Assembly (NCBI RefSeq): GCF_964355755.1
Contig: NC_092674.1
Span: 28,458,001 to 28,522,000 of the forward strand
DNA length: 64,000 nucleotides
Direction of reading: 5' to 3'
Source of the DNA: Antedon mediterranea
Lineage: Eukaryota; Animalia; Echinodermata
Shown here in pieces: positions 12,401-23,553 of this stretch. Every line of letters starts with the position of its first letter. The first letter of the stretch is position 1. The notes below the pieces were generated by a model. It was not told where the DNA came from. It searched no databases and was given only the letters and a program-made list of their open reading frames with translations. The translations under genes were made by a program, and so were the position numbers.

Positions 12401-15400
12401 GGTTATTATGTGAGGGCGGTTATTATGTGACGGCGGTTATTATGTGACGGCTGTTATTATGTGAGGGCGGTTATTATGTGACGGCTGTTATTATGTGACG
12501 GCTGTTATTATGTGAGGGCGGTTATTATGTGAGGGCGGTTATTATGTGACGGCGGTTATTATGTGACGGCAGTTATTATGTGACGGCGGTTATTATGTGA
12601 CGGCGGTTATTATGTGACAGTGGTTATTATGTGACGGCGGTTATTATGTGACGGCTGTTATTATGTGAGGGCGGTTATTATGTGACGGCTGTTATTATGT
12701 GACGGCTGTTATTATGTGACGGCTGTTATTGTTTGACGGCTGTTATATGTGACGGCTGTTATTGTTTGACAGCTGTTATTGTTTGACAGCTGCTATTCGA
12801 CGGCTGCTATTGTTTGACGGCGGTTATTATGACGGCGGTTATTGTTTGAGGGCGATTATTGTCTGCAATGGTTATATTGCTGCAGATCAATGCAACAAAT
12901 GTCAGAGGGGTTGAGTAAATACAAACAAACGAAAAAAGGGTAATTAAACAAGCACACGATGTTGACCGCTTCGTTGATTAACATGGATAATGGATAGTGT
13001 TTGTAAATGTTCTAAATTTAAATTGACGGTTAATGAAACCTCAAACATATTCACCATCATCATATTGTGTAATTGTCAAGTTTAGTTGATAATTTTGACG
13101 TTAAAAACATTTCTTGTTTCAATATTTATTAGTGAACGAATATTAAATCACGAACATAATTTAATTGATTGACACTATTTTGTCGAGAAAATGTTTACTA
13201 AAAAAATTATTATATCAAATTTGTTTAAACCAGTACAGCGTACCAACATTTGCAATTTCATTTAGTTCTTTTAAATCATTATATAGTCTTTATATTATAA
13301 TTAATATTATTATTTGGATATTCTTCCAGGCAGGGATTTGACTTTTATGAAAATTAAAAAATATTCGTTAAAAAATAACTTTTTGGCATACATGGCGTGT
13401 CATAATACTTTCTAGGTCTATTATTAGTTATTATTGTAATTATTCCGATTTGTAAAGATGTTCGATGTACCACCTTACCTCCCGATTATGCAGCTGTCAC
13501 TACAGATACAGATTGCCTTAATATCACGTTGTCATTAGGTTAATATCTACAGACAAGTGTTAACGTGTCTGTATTATAGTTAACCTACTGACAAAGGTAA
13601 TTTAATACAGGTAGACTCGATTTCAGATGACTTGCGAGAATCAGTTAGGGTCTATCTAGTGACAGCTGCAGAATCGAGTAACTTTAAATCTACAGTCACA
13701 CTTGTTTCGTTTCAAGGAAAAGAAGACGGCACAGTTCAAATATGTGTACAATTTTCAATAGTTTAAAAAAACAGAGCCGTTATCCGTTCCGTAAAACAAA
13801 ACAAGTGTGATGTAGCTGTATCCTCCATCGTTTTCTTAATATGTTTGCACTAAGACGAAGCGCTGGTGAATATTTTTAAACTAATGTTAACAATCCAGAG
13901 TTTATGATGTATATAGTTGCTCAGACCTCAGACTTTATGCTAAGTGCATTTGAGAATGTATACAATGTATACTGTACTAACCGTCACTTGTTATTGGTTT
14001 TTGGCAGAAGACATAGTTGATTTTTTTGCGAGAGCATGCGATATCCCGCCATTGATCCGTTCTTGCAACCGTCTTCATTCTAATGATCGTACATGCATCG
14101 ACCATACTGCTACCAGGATGACGGGATAAGAATTCGCCGCTAGTGTATCTAACAAGTATAGATAACATTCCTTACTCAAAACAACTTTTAGGACCATGGG
14201 TAACAAGAGCCCTTCAATCCCAATCTCCGGGCTATATGAGCGCTCACTGGCTAAGCCCAAGGGAAGCCGGAGCTTATGGGGGCCCCTGAGCAGTGCCAAA
14301 AAGAAAAACTGGCATTAAAATATGTCGAAAAAGGCTAAAACGCCCGAGTCTTAGAGCCGCAGTCACCTGCGTTACGCCACTGGCTCCAGGGTTTAATCCT
14401 GATCTGGCATGGTCATGGTACTCCACTCCCTATGCCTCAACATGGGACAGATAAAGTTTCTCGCTGTTGGACGGATGTATGTGTATGTGTAATTGGACAT
14501 AGTGAGGGTCCTCGTGTTAAAGCATTGATTAACCCAAACTTGTAACTATTACTTACATAGATGACAGATACCAACTCATATAGTTAGCTGGTTGGCGGGT
14601 TATCCATCGGAATCGCTGATGAAACTTCTGATCTTCTGAAGAGTCTCTTTGCAAACCTTCAGAAATAATTAAACGATTATTATAAATCTAATGATGATGA
14701 TGATGATGATGAAACCATATTATTTAAGAAACGTGGATATATGGGTACAAATGCCGATCAAAATAGACGATATCGCAATCAATTCAGTAGTTATAGACTA
14801 GAATAATGAACACGTCTTCTTACCTATAGGAATATATCCACCTATGATATCCGGTACTTCTGAAAGCAGCAATGAATGTACAAACTGCATTTCATCATGT
14901 GAACGTATGTTAGTGATATTACAATCGTGTGTGTTTATACAATAGTGATATGCTTGGTACCACGTAATGGGATCGTCTTGCCTTTCTAGTAGATAGCATT
15001 TGTCATTGTACTTAGTCCAATTTTCTGGACAGGAACCTAAAAGACACAAATTAATTCAATGTAAGGACCTAAAGCAACACAGTATGGTTTCCAATCACAA
15101 GCGACGTATCTTGCTAACTCTTGCTTCTGATTGGTCAAATTACTTTTGTTGCACGTATATACGTCATTGAGTTGCGTCATGTGGGAAAATGTAATTCAGG
15201 CCAGTTAGGCTACAAGACACAGGTCATACATGTATATTATATGATATACAAAATGAATGCATAGTATCAACTAATTAAAGTAGTAGGGCCACTAACAACC
15301 GTGACAGAACGATACAGATAGACTTGCAAAGTCTACCTGTCTACCAACTAGTTTAAAAAAAGTGCGATGTGCCCAAATATGCATTATGATAGTGTAGACA

Positions 15401-18400
15401 TAGCTTTTTAGGTTAAGTTTGATACATTAAAAACAATACCTTTAACGTTCTTGTCAATCAATTCTGGTTGAAACGTTCTTGTCGTATAACGAATCACGAA
15501 TCCATTTCCTGCCGAATTTTCACCAACCTTCTTGTATATTACACGTAAAAAATGATTAAGCGAGTTAAACTGCTCGTCACCTTTGCATACTTTAGGATTT
15601 ACCGCATCTCCGTCAGTCTCACCGTTTCTTAAAATCGAAAACTCCAGTGATGCTTCGAAGTCTACCTCGCATGATCCATTTAAGCCTAGATCGAAGTAAA
15701 TGACGTCGATATGAATGTATGAACCAACAGGCACCTCAATCTCCCATTGTGTCTCAACACTTTTGACTTGATGTGGGTACATGTATGACGCAATCAATGC
15801 ACTTGGCATATTACAGGTGTGTATACAGCCGTCGCATCCACTTCCAAATTCACAACCTGGAGTATCTGTAAAAAATGTATAAATCCAAAAGCAAATTACT
15901 GAAAATAATTACAATGCTGTGGGTATCAGTGACTGGATCTCAATGGATATACAAAATGACAATGCTGTGGGTCTCAGTGGCTGGATCTCAATGGAGATAC
16001 AAAATGACAATGCTGTGGGTCTCAATGACTGGATCTCAATGAAGATACAAAATGACAATGCTGTGGGTCTCAGTGGCTGGATCTCAATGAAGATACAAAA
16101 TGACAATGCTGTGGGTCTCAGTGACTGGATCTCAATGAAGATACAAAATGACAATGCTGTGGGTCTCAGTGGCTGGATCTCAATGAAGATACAAAATGAC
16201 AATGCTGTGGGTCTCAGTGGCTGGATCTCAATGAAGATACAAAATGACAATGCTGTGGGTCTCAGTGACTGGATCTCAATGAAGATACAAAATGACAATG
16301 CTGTGGGTCTCAGTGGCTGGATCTCAATGAAGATACAAAATGACAATGCTGTGGGTCTCAGTGACTGGATCTCAATGAAGATACAAAATGACAATGCTGT
16401 GGGTCTCAGTGGCTGGATCTCAATGGAGATACAAAATGACAATGCTGTGGGTCTCAGTGACTGGATCTCAATGAAGATACAAAATGACAATGCTGTGGGT
16501 CTCAGTGACTGGATCTCAATGGAGATACAAAATGACAATGCTGTGGGTCTCAGTGACTGGATCTCAATGAAGATACAAAATGACAATGCTGTGGGTCTCA
16601 GTGACTGGATCTCAATGAAGATACAAAATGACAATGCTGTGGGTCTCAGTGACTGGATCTCAATGAAGATACAAAATGACAATGCTGTGGGTCTCAGTGA
16701 CTGGATCTCAATGAAGATAACAAAATAAAATAAGCAAAAAAACTAAATCAAAACGATAAAGTAAAACAGCCAGAAAAAGTAGCAGAGCTTTCGTGCAACA
16801 TTAGCCTTTCATCAGTCTAAAGAAAATGTATATAAATATTTGTAACGCAATGGCTTACTGTACACTTAAATTAGATCAATATCTGTCTGCACGTATTGCT
16901 GTTGGGAAGACTAGGCGTTCAAGGTAAACGCGTTTTTATTGATGTTGTGTAGACTCTATGCGTTCAAGAGAAACGCGTTGGATTGCTGTTGCGCGTGTAG
17001 ACTAGGCGTTCAAGAGAAACGCGTTTTAGTGCTGTTGCGTAGACTAGGCGTTCAAGAGAAACGCGTTTTATTGCTGTTGCGTAAGCTAGGCGTTCAAGAT
17101 AAACACGTTTTATTGCTGTTGCGAGGACTAGGCGTTTAAGATAAATGCGTTTTATTGCTGTTGCGTAGACTATGGGCGTTCAAGATAAAGGTATACATTC
17201 ATTGCTCGTATCGTACGATCAGACGTCCACCGTTCATTTCTTCCATACAAGCCTCGCGCTCTACACTCTTATACAAGACGTGTGTACACTACTTACCCAC
17301 TGTAAAATAATCCGCCTCAAAATAGCTCTCACTTTCTCCATCTTTAACTGTCAGTATTATAACCACTGTATAATTGGATGACCTCACGTGTGGCATCTTA
17401 TCCCCGCATCTTTTTCCAGTTAAAGTTTGACGACGAAACGCATTATCCATCACTTCCAAACTGTCTTTGTCACATTGCCCTTGGTTGGATCCTTGCTTGA
17501 TGTTAAACAGTTTAAACTGAATTTCAATGTATTTAGTTGTTTTAGTCGTGATGGTGTATATGTAGCTAGTCCGTGTCCACACATGGTGAAAAACTTCTGA
17601 CAATATGGTACCATTGGCTGAACTGTAAACTGAAACACACCATTCAATTTATTTATATATCTTAAGGAGTTTTTGATATGAGACGACCTATGACCTAAAA
17701 CCAATTACGTCATGCAATTCATTGCAGCATGCGCGCGCGGAAACTAGTTTTTTCGACTTAAGTTTTGTCCGATTCAAAGTTCGCCCTAGTACGACACAAT
17801 GTGTTCTGGTCGTCGTCACAAATTGAACAATTTCTAGTATGAATAGTATTTTACTTACAATTTTCTGTAGGGATGGGACACCCATACATCGTAAAATCAA
17901 AAAATGCCATACGTGCCGGTGCTGTCTTAATATTTAGTTGGAGAATATACGCAAAAATCGGCATATTAAAAACATATACAGCAACACCGTTCTCAAAATT
18001 CTGAAAACAACGACGATATAATACGATTACTGCTACTACTACTTAATAACTAAATATTTGGAAAACAATTCCTTTTAAAACGTATTTAATATACTATTGA
18101 ATATAACATATTGGAAGTAATGTATAGCGTAACTGGGGAATAACGTTTTGAATGATATTATGACGAATGTCACCCACCATATTATTTGTAATATTTGGCG
18201 CATAACCAAGAACAGTTCTACTGCCCGAAGCGAATTTATCCAGGCTGGACCAATGTTGGAGGCAAATTGGTTAATTGATTGATTGATTGGACAGGTTAGT
18301 AGCCATAAATGGTCCCCGGATAAATTTCGCATGCTGATCTGATGTTAAGTATAACACTGAATTTTAACATCAAGTTAGGCCCTGCAGTAGGCTACTTCTT

Positions 18401-18979
18401 TAGAATATGTGAATCAAAAGATATTTTTTTGTTTCTACCTTTGTTATGCTTCTGTTATATAAAGACTCGTTGAAAATGTTTCCATTTTGACTGAAATTCA
18501 AACGACTTATTTCTAGGTTGGTAATTTCTGGGAGGCCTAGGCACTGTTTGAAACGGATGCCCGTTACCACGTACAACCGGTCCAAGTTGGCCCTCAAAAG
18601 GTGTTGGCCTGTACCATTTGTCTCAAAATCACAGTGTGTCTGAGTGCTGGGAATACCATCGCCATCGATTGATGCAGTTACGGCATCTATTTGTAAACCA
18701 ACAGGTTCCGGAAAACTACCTGAAAAATAATGCTAAAAAATATCATTTGTGTTTTCTAAAGCGTGGTTCCCACTAGAACGCAACGCAGCGACGTATCGAC
18801 GCAAAGTGCCGTATTGCATAAAGCTTGGTTCCCACTAGAACGTAACGCAAGGACGTAACGCAACGCAAGTGAATTGACCAATCACAAGCGATGGCTTATT
18901 CGCTTTTAATTGTTAACTGTCTATAACTTCGCTTGTCATTGGTTAAAACGCTTGCGTTGCGTTTACGTCCTTGCGTTAC

Positions 18980-19019
<40 letters not shown>

Positions 19020-20011
19020 TAGGTATAACACTCAAAATGCAACAAAAGTTGAAAATCTTATGAGTTTACAAAAGGTACAACAACAAAAACCGAGATAAAG
19101 ATATAAAACAATAGGCCTATACTAAAATTGACATAAAAACAAAACCAATTAAAACATCATACAAAATTTAATATGCACAAATTTAAAATTAATGATTATT
19201 ATTAGATCTAATTAATAGAAATTCAGAAATATATACAAGTTTAAAATTATTCATTATTCATTATTTATAAAGTCCACTTAAAATTTAAATTAAAAAATGT
19301 CATTAATTCCAAGGATCAATACAATTACTGTATTATTATTTATTTAAAATTCTTATTGCACTAGGAAGAGTTGAATTCCCATAACGGTTAGTTCTACATC
19401 TAGGTACACAGTACTTGTTGAAGGAACGTAAAGTCCTCTCGGGCTTGATGTTCTCGGGTATCCACGAAGTGAAACGCCCAGATGTCACCAGACTGCTTCC
19501 AAATTTGGCAAGTACACCTAACCGTCTGTCTTGTAAAGATGTTATATTCAAGATTTCTAAAGTGTCTTGGTACCCCGTGGGAACCAAGCTTTAGCTAGTT
19601 ACGCTTACATCTTTGCGTTGTGTTTGCTGTTGAAGAAGTAATTTGACCAAGCAATGGTTCAGCCAAACTGCCATGTTGCTTGTAATTGGTCAAATTACTT
19701 AAATTGCGCGTACGTCCTTGTACTTCATCCTCATTGGAACCAAGTTTTAAGACGTCTACTTATGAAACGCAATTGACGACACGAATTTATTTCGATTTTT
19801 AAATTTCAAGAACGCAAAGCTTTACCTTTATTATCAACCCCTGAACGCGCGCATTACAAAAAAATGACAGTTCGTTGTATAACTTAACTAACAAATAAAC
19901 GCAAAACCTTCAATAAAACTCACAATTCAGTTCTTCGGCAGAAGAAGTTACACATAACATTACAAAAAACAATAGGTATACGAAGCGGTCTTGGCTCGTA
20001 AACTGTTCCAT
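3473..20011 (-). CDS. GRL101: GRL101-like leucine-rich-repeat GPCR: SP - F5/8-C-like - CUB - CUB - C-type lectin - 7 LDLa-type - LRRNT - 4 LRR - 7TM
   Basis: Hand-spliced exons, 5'->3': 20011-19924 (MEQFTSQDRFVYLLFFVMLCVTSSA, signal peptide), 18719-18439, 18000-17859, 17629-17297, 15865-15440, 15036-14824, 14656-14557, 14148-13982, 11017-10835, 10454-10353, 10221-10099, 9612-9493, 8997-8842, 8546-8430, 7964-7848, 7496-7379, 7042-6965, 6824-6753, 6292-6227, 5634-5566, 5280-4256, 3706-3473. All junctions are GT-AG and phase-compatible, giving 4330 nt of open frame. It contains the GRL101-type module CIYDIDIYGIQVGCRDVTHLRDC and the LGR hinge FCC...DPFSSCKELM. The true stop exon is uncertain. Confidence 0.88.
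4256..5280 (-). CDS. 7TM exon of the GRL101-like receptor (class A, LGR/RXFP type)
   Basis: Motifs NLAVSDLFMGVYL, CSLAGFLATFSSEMSV, ITVDRF, FTDMACWLP and NSALNPYLY. Acceptor at 5281, donor GTAAG at 4255. Confidence 0.95.
5736..6198. mobile_element. Non-autonomous TIR element with CACT...AGTG ends (CACTA/EnSpm-like)
   Basis: CACTTTAAAAATAG...CTATTTTTATAGTG with long imperfect inverted arms and a 2-bp TG flank on both sides. A partial inverted copy lies at 11085-11290. Confidence 0.7.
7141..7286. mobile_element. CAGTGGCGTA...TACGCCACTG MITE (hAT-like ends)
   Basis: Shares the core GGGCCCCTGGGTTTAGCCAGTGAGCGCTCATA with ~14230-14382, ~29990-30073, ~31690-31841 and ~44670-44805. Confidence 0.6.
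7628..7816. mobile_element. MITE type A
   Basis: Matches 22873-23077 over nearly its full length. Confidence 0.8.
8020..8191. mobile_element. MITE type B with perfect TAA target-site duplication
   Basis: TAA|AGCTTGGTTCCCACTAG...TGGGAACCACGCT|TAA. Confidence 0.9.
9079..9366. repeat. Degenerate ~20-bp tandem repeat (TGACGCTT core)
   Basis: TGACGCTTTGCTGTGC and TGACGCTT..TATGCAC units alternate. Confidence 0.8.
12332..12862. repeat. 17-bp minisatellite (GGCGGTTATTATGTGAC)n
   Basis: About 30 tandem copies with variant units. Confidence 0.95.
13982..15036 (-). CDS. C-type lectin domain exons of the GRL101-like gene (3 exons)
   Basis: CPENWTKYNDKCY...TWYQAYHYC...IRSHDEMQFV...IGL...FRWI...YMSW...C...WRDIAC....FCQK. 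Confidence 0.85.
15440..17629 (-). CDS. Two CUB-domain exons of the GRL101-like gene (17629-17297 and 15865-15440)
   Basis: GTILS..YTITT...IEIQFKLFNI...CDKDSLEV...GKRCG...FEADY and WEIEVPVGSYIHI..FDL...C...KVC...GFVIRY. Both are symmetric phase 1-1 exons. Confidence 0.85.
15911..16718. repeat. 48-bp minisatellite, ~17 near-identical copies, intronic
   Basis: Unit ACAATGCTGTGGGTCTCAGTG(A/G)CTGGATCTCAATG(A/G)AGATACAAAATG. Confidence 0.97.
16893..17190. repeat. ~42-bp tandem repeat, ~7 copies
   Basis: AGACTAGGCGTTCAAGAGAAACGCGTTTTATTGCTGTTGCGT. Confidence 0.9.
18760..19590. mobile_element. Nested MITE A end / MITE B, split by a LINE insertion
   Basis: A left end 18760-18821, B 18822-18983, and the rest of the B TIR (GTGGGAACCAAGCT) at 19577-19590. 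Confidence 0.85.
18984..19576 (-). mobile_element. 5'-truncated CR1/L2-group LINE: ORF2 C-terminus, 3' UTR and poly(A)
   Basis: Peptide YQDTLEILNITSLQDRR...RTLRS....PRCRTNRYGNSTLPSAIRILN matches the typical CR1/L2-group RT tail. AATAAA runs into a 34-nt A tract (T-run 18984-19017). Confidence 0.8.
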
Positions 20012-22306
20012 TTCAAATACATTGAAACAAGACGTGACAGTGTTGTTATATAAGATATTACAGTACATTAATCAGATTGTCAATACCCACCCATGTTAAT
20101 TATGGGTATTTGTTCCGGTGTATAACTGACGTATTGTAAACTAATGTCAAGTGACAGCAACGCAAACGACGTTTATTTTTTTCAAATTAGATGCTGTCAC
20201 GTTATAAGTTTTAGTTTTCATCAGAGAAAATTAAACACGATGATATCTGAGACAACAATTTTCTCATAATACATCAACAATTGGCATGAGTGTACAATGT
20301 GTGTAAAAGCATGTCTCATCGTAAGCAAAAAACGTTGACAAGGTAAAGAATAGACGACCCTGAAATGGGGACACAATCAATTACAGAACAATGGATACGA
20401 ATATTTTACTGCTAAATTAAAAGAGCCGATTTATTAATAACCAGAGTGCCACACAAAGAACTAAAAGCTTGTTTCTTTTCCAATCTTTTGATTGGTCTAT
20501 TCGATTGCGTTGTTGTTGCTAACGTCATTGCGTTGCGTACTAGTACGTACTAGGAGAACCAAGCTTAACGTGTGGAGGTGTGACTTTGTAATAAAGAAAC
20601 GGACACAATTGTCGTATTCGATTGGAAACTTTCGTTGTCAACGTAAAGATTTGTTGAGTACTTTTTGTATTCGAATTGTAAATTTGTGCTCAACAGAAAG
20701 TCATTCGAATAGAAAACGTTGACAACGAAAGATTTTTCGTTAAGAACAATCTCAACGCTCAAAATACTCCGTTAAAGAAGTACTCAACGGAAAAACTACT
20801 CAACGGTACACTCGAATATGACAAATGGCGATATAAATAAGGGTCTGAGCCGGAGCAGGCTAAAGTTGTCAATGAAGCGTAGGCCTATCAAGCTAGCACC
20901 ACGAAAGTTAAATCATAGAAGTATAAAAATAGACGTATACAAATAGACATACTATCCCTAATACTTTGTTTTGTTTCACGTGACATTTTGTCGACAGGAC
21001 CACAATAGTGGGGTTCACATGGAACTATGTCTAGAAGAAGTGGATTTAACAATTTTCTACTAACTGGACTAACCTTGACAAATCCCGTTCTTTGGTACAA
21101 TTATGTCTAGTTAATTAAATTTCATAAAATCCTGGTATTGGAGATTTTAAATGCTATTTTATGTTTAAAAAAATCATCTATTTCTTTTATTTATCCCGTA
21201 TGTTGTTTACTTTTAACTTCTGATTACAAACAATTGGTCATTTTACTTTCTGTGTTAAATTTTGTATTCTATTTTTCAGTATAGTAAATATTTTAGGCCT
21301 ACCATCTTCTAATATCTATTAGACCTCTGTCCTCGTCAGACATAGTTCATTTAATTTTTTAGGACATTTTATGGGGTACACAATGAAGAATGACCATATT
21401 CTTTGCAATTCAAATGTTAAATATGAAAATGAAATGGGTTAAAAAATTCTTCAATTTCATTGGTGCAAATGAGGCTAAAGGCCACCCACTGGGTTGTTAA
21501 TTGGATTACCCTCATAAAATAACTGGCTATCCTTGGATTTACTTCTAAATCCAAGCAGCAATAATTGTCCAGAAAAAAAACATCATCCGGACATAATTGA
21601 GCGTTCACATCCAAATTATGGCGAGATCATGTAGATAATCTACTTAAATTAACTAGCCATAGTTCGATGTGAACGCCACTAATGCAAAACAAGTTTATCT
21701 CTACTTGATTGTGTATTATCCTGTATAAATATGTTGTTAAAATAAATAAATAAGGTTTCACTACGTTATAGCTCCATGGTTAAATCATATCTGAGATAAC
21801 TATAGTTATCTCATATCATATAGGCCAAATACTTTTGATGTTAGAATAACTAAAATAACACACACCAGACAGTGCTCACAGGTATTATATAATGTTTGGC
21901 GGATGCGCTGCTTGAAACTTAATAGGCCTAAAGATCTTTAAATTACGCTGTCATGTTAGTCAATAACTGTCAGCGATCAATCAGTGTTCTTATTTGAATG
22001 AACCACTCATCATAAACGATCACATTGCAAATTTTAATTGACTGGCTATACCAAATTTACTCGGGTTTCCTATTTAGAAAGAAAGGGGTTTAATATAACA
22101 TGCGCCTTACATAAACAAACTCACAAAATTATCCATTCGCCCACCTGAAATACGACGACTGTTGAAATAAGTGCGACGCTGACACGTGACCAATTAGTAA
22201 GACAATTACAATGGACACAATAAGATTATTTTACGAATTTGACGCCGACACGTGTTCAATCAGCAAGCTTTTTAGTCGCGTGCAACGCGACTCTACAGCT
22301 AACTAT

Positions 22307-22560
22307 AGCGTGGTTCCCACTAGAACGCAACGCAGCGACGTATCGACGCAAAGTGTTGTATTGCTAAAAGCTTGGTTCCCACTAGAACGTAACGCCAGGA
22401 TGTAAACGCAACGCAAGCGTTTTAACCAATGACAAGCGAAGTTATAGACAGTTAGCAATCACAAGCGAATAAGCCATCGCTTGTGATTGGTCAATTCGCT
22501 TGCGTTGCGTTTACGTCCTTGTGTTGTGTCGCTAGTGGGAACCACGCTTTTTACCACGCT
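22307..22560. mobile_element. MITE A left end followed by full MITE B
   Basis: Same A/B junction position as at 18760-18822. Confidence 0.85.
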
Positions 22561-22872
22561 TTACGGCGTTATGGCACGCCGCATTATTTTCTATTTTGCA
22601 GAAATCTGCAACCGTATTAGACAACATTCAATTTCACTCCCACTTGTTTTGTTATCATTGTAGATTAGCATAACATTACTTTATTATCATATAGCCTTTT
22701 TTATTTTCCAACTGTCTTAATAAAAATATGAAAAAATAACTACACAACATATATTTAATATTAATTCTAATAACAATAATTTTCCCAACGTACTATCATC
22801 AAACCGTTGGTACTTTTTCCTTAATCAACAGTGCGTGTGAGGGAGTACGGTTGTTTGAATGCGAATGTGTTG

Positions 22873-23077
22873 TGGTTCCCCACTAGCGACGCAACGTAAC
22901 GCAACACAGCGACGTATTGACGCAAAGTGCTGTATTGCGTAATCATACGTGGGAACCGACGATGCAACATTGCTGCAAACATCGCAGGTTTGATTTCACG
23001 CAGGCGGGGGAAAACACAATTATTGGAAGGGAATTTTTTTACGTTACGTACGTTGCGTCGCTAGTGGGAACCAAGCT
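22873..23077. mobile_element. MITE type A
   Basis: TIRs GTGGTTCCCCACTAG / CTAGTGGGAACCAAGCT. Confidence 0.8.
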
Positions 23078-23553
23078 CTATGAATGGTTAATAAACTTTA
23101 AAATTAATACTAATAAAATAGCAGTGCGTTTTACATTTGAATAAGCAAATCAGATTTCATTTTCTGTGGTAAAAATGATACTTAAGTATTACCAATCCTT
23201 ACTAACAAAAGCATACGTGACAGGTACGACAAAAATATCATTTGTTATTCTTAAGTCATCTCATAAATACTACTACACCATACATGACAGGTACTTTTAA
23301 AAAATGCAATTTTCTGGTAGGACACATGATACTATCTTACAAGGCGTTCATTTAACAATACTATAGTCCTTATTTAGATACCCCTCTATTCGAAAAGAAT
23401 CAATTCAGGGGATTCGGACGCACACCCTACTGCGCCCTATCAAGGGGACACTCAAACGTCAAGGGACACCCCTATTAGGGGGGGGGTGGGGCACTTTGCC
23501 GTGAAATTAATGAAAGGGAATATATGTTTATAACAAAAGAGACTCTCCTATTA

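Noticed and set aside
12332-12862. Tandem arrays (also 15911, 16893, 25164, 41575) as CRISPR-like arrays
   Set aside because: Units abut with no unique spacers, there are no cas genes, and the context is eukaryotic.
15909-16728. 257-aa and 269-aa repetitive ORFs on both strands
   Set aside because: By-product of a 48-bp intronic minisatellite (multiple of 3). The flanking CUB exons splice in frame without it.
18075-18332. ORF with 'PAWINSLRAVELF' as the discoidin C-terminal exon
   Set aside because: It overlaps an (ATTG)n repeat tail. Exon 18000-17859 has proper splice sites, phase and the terminal YGC.
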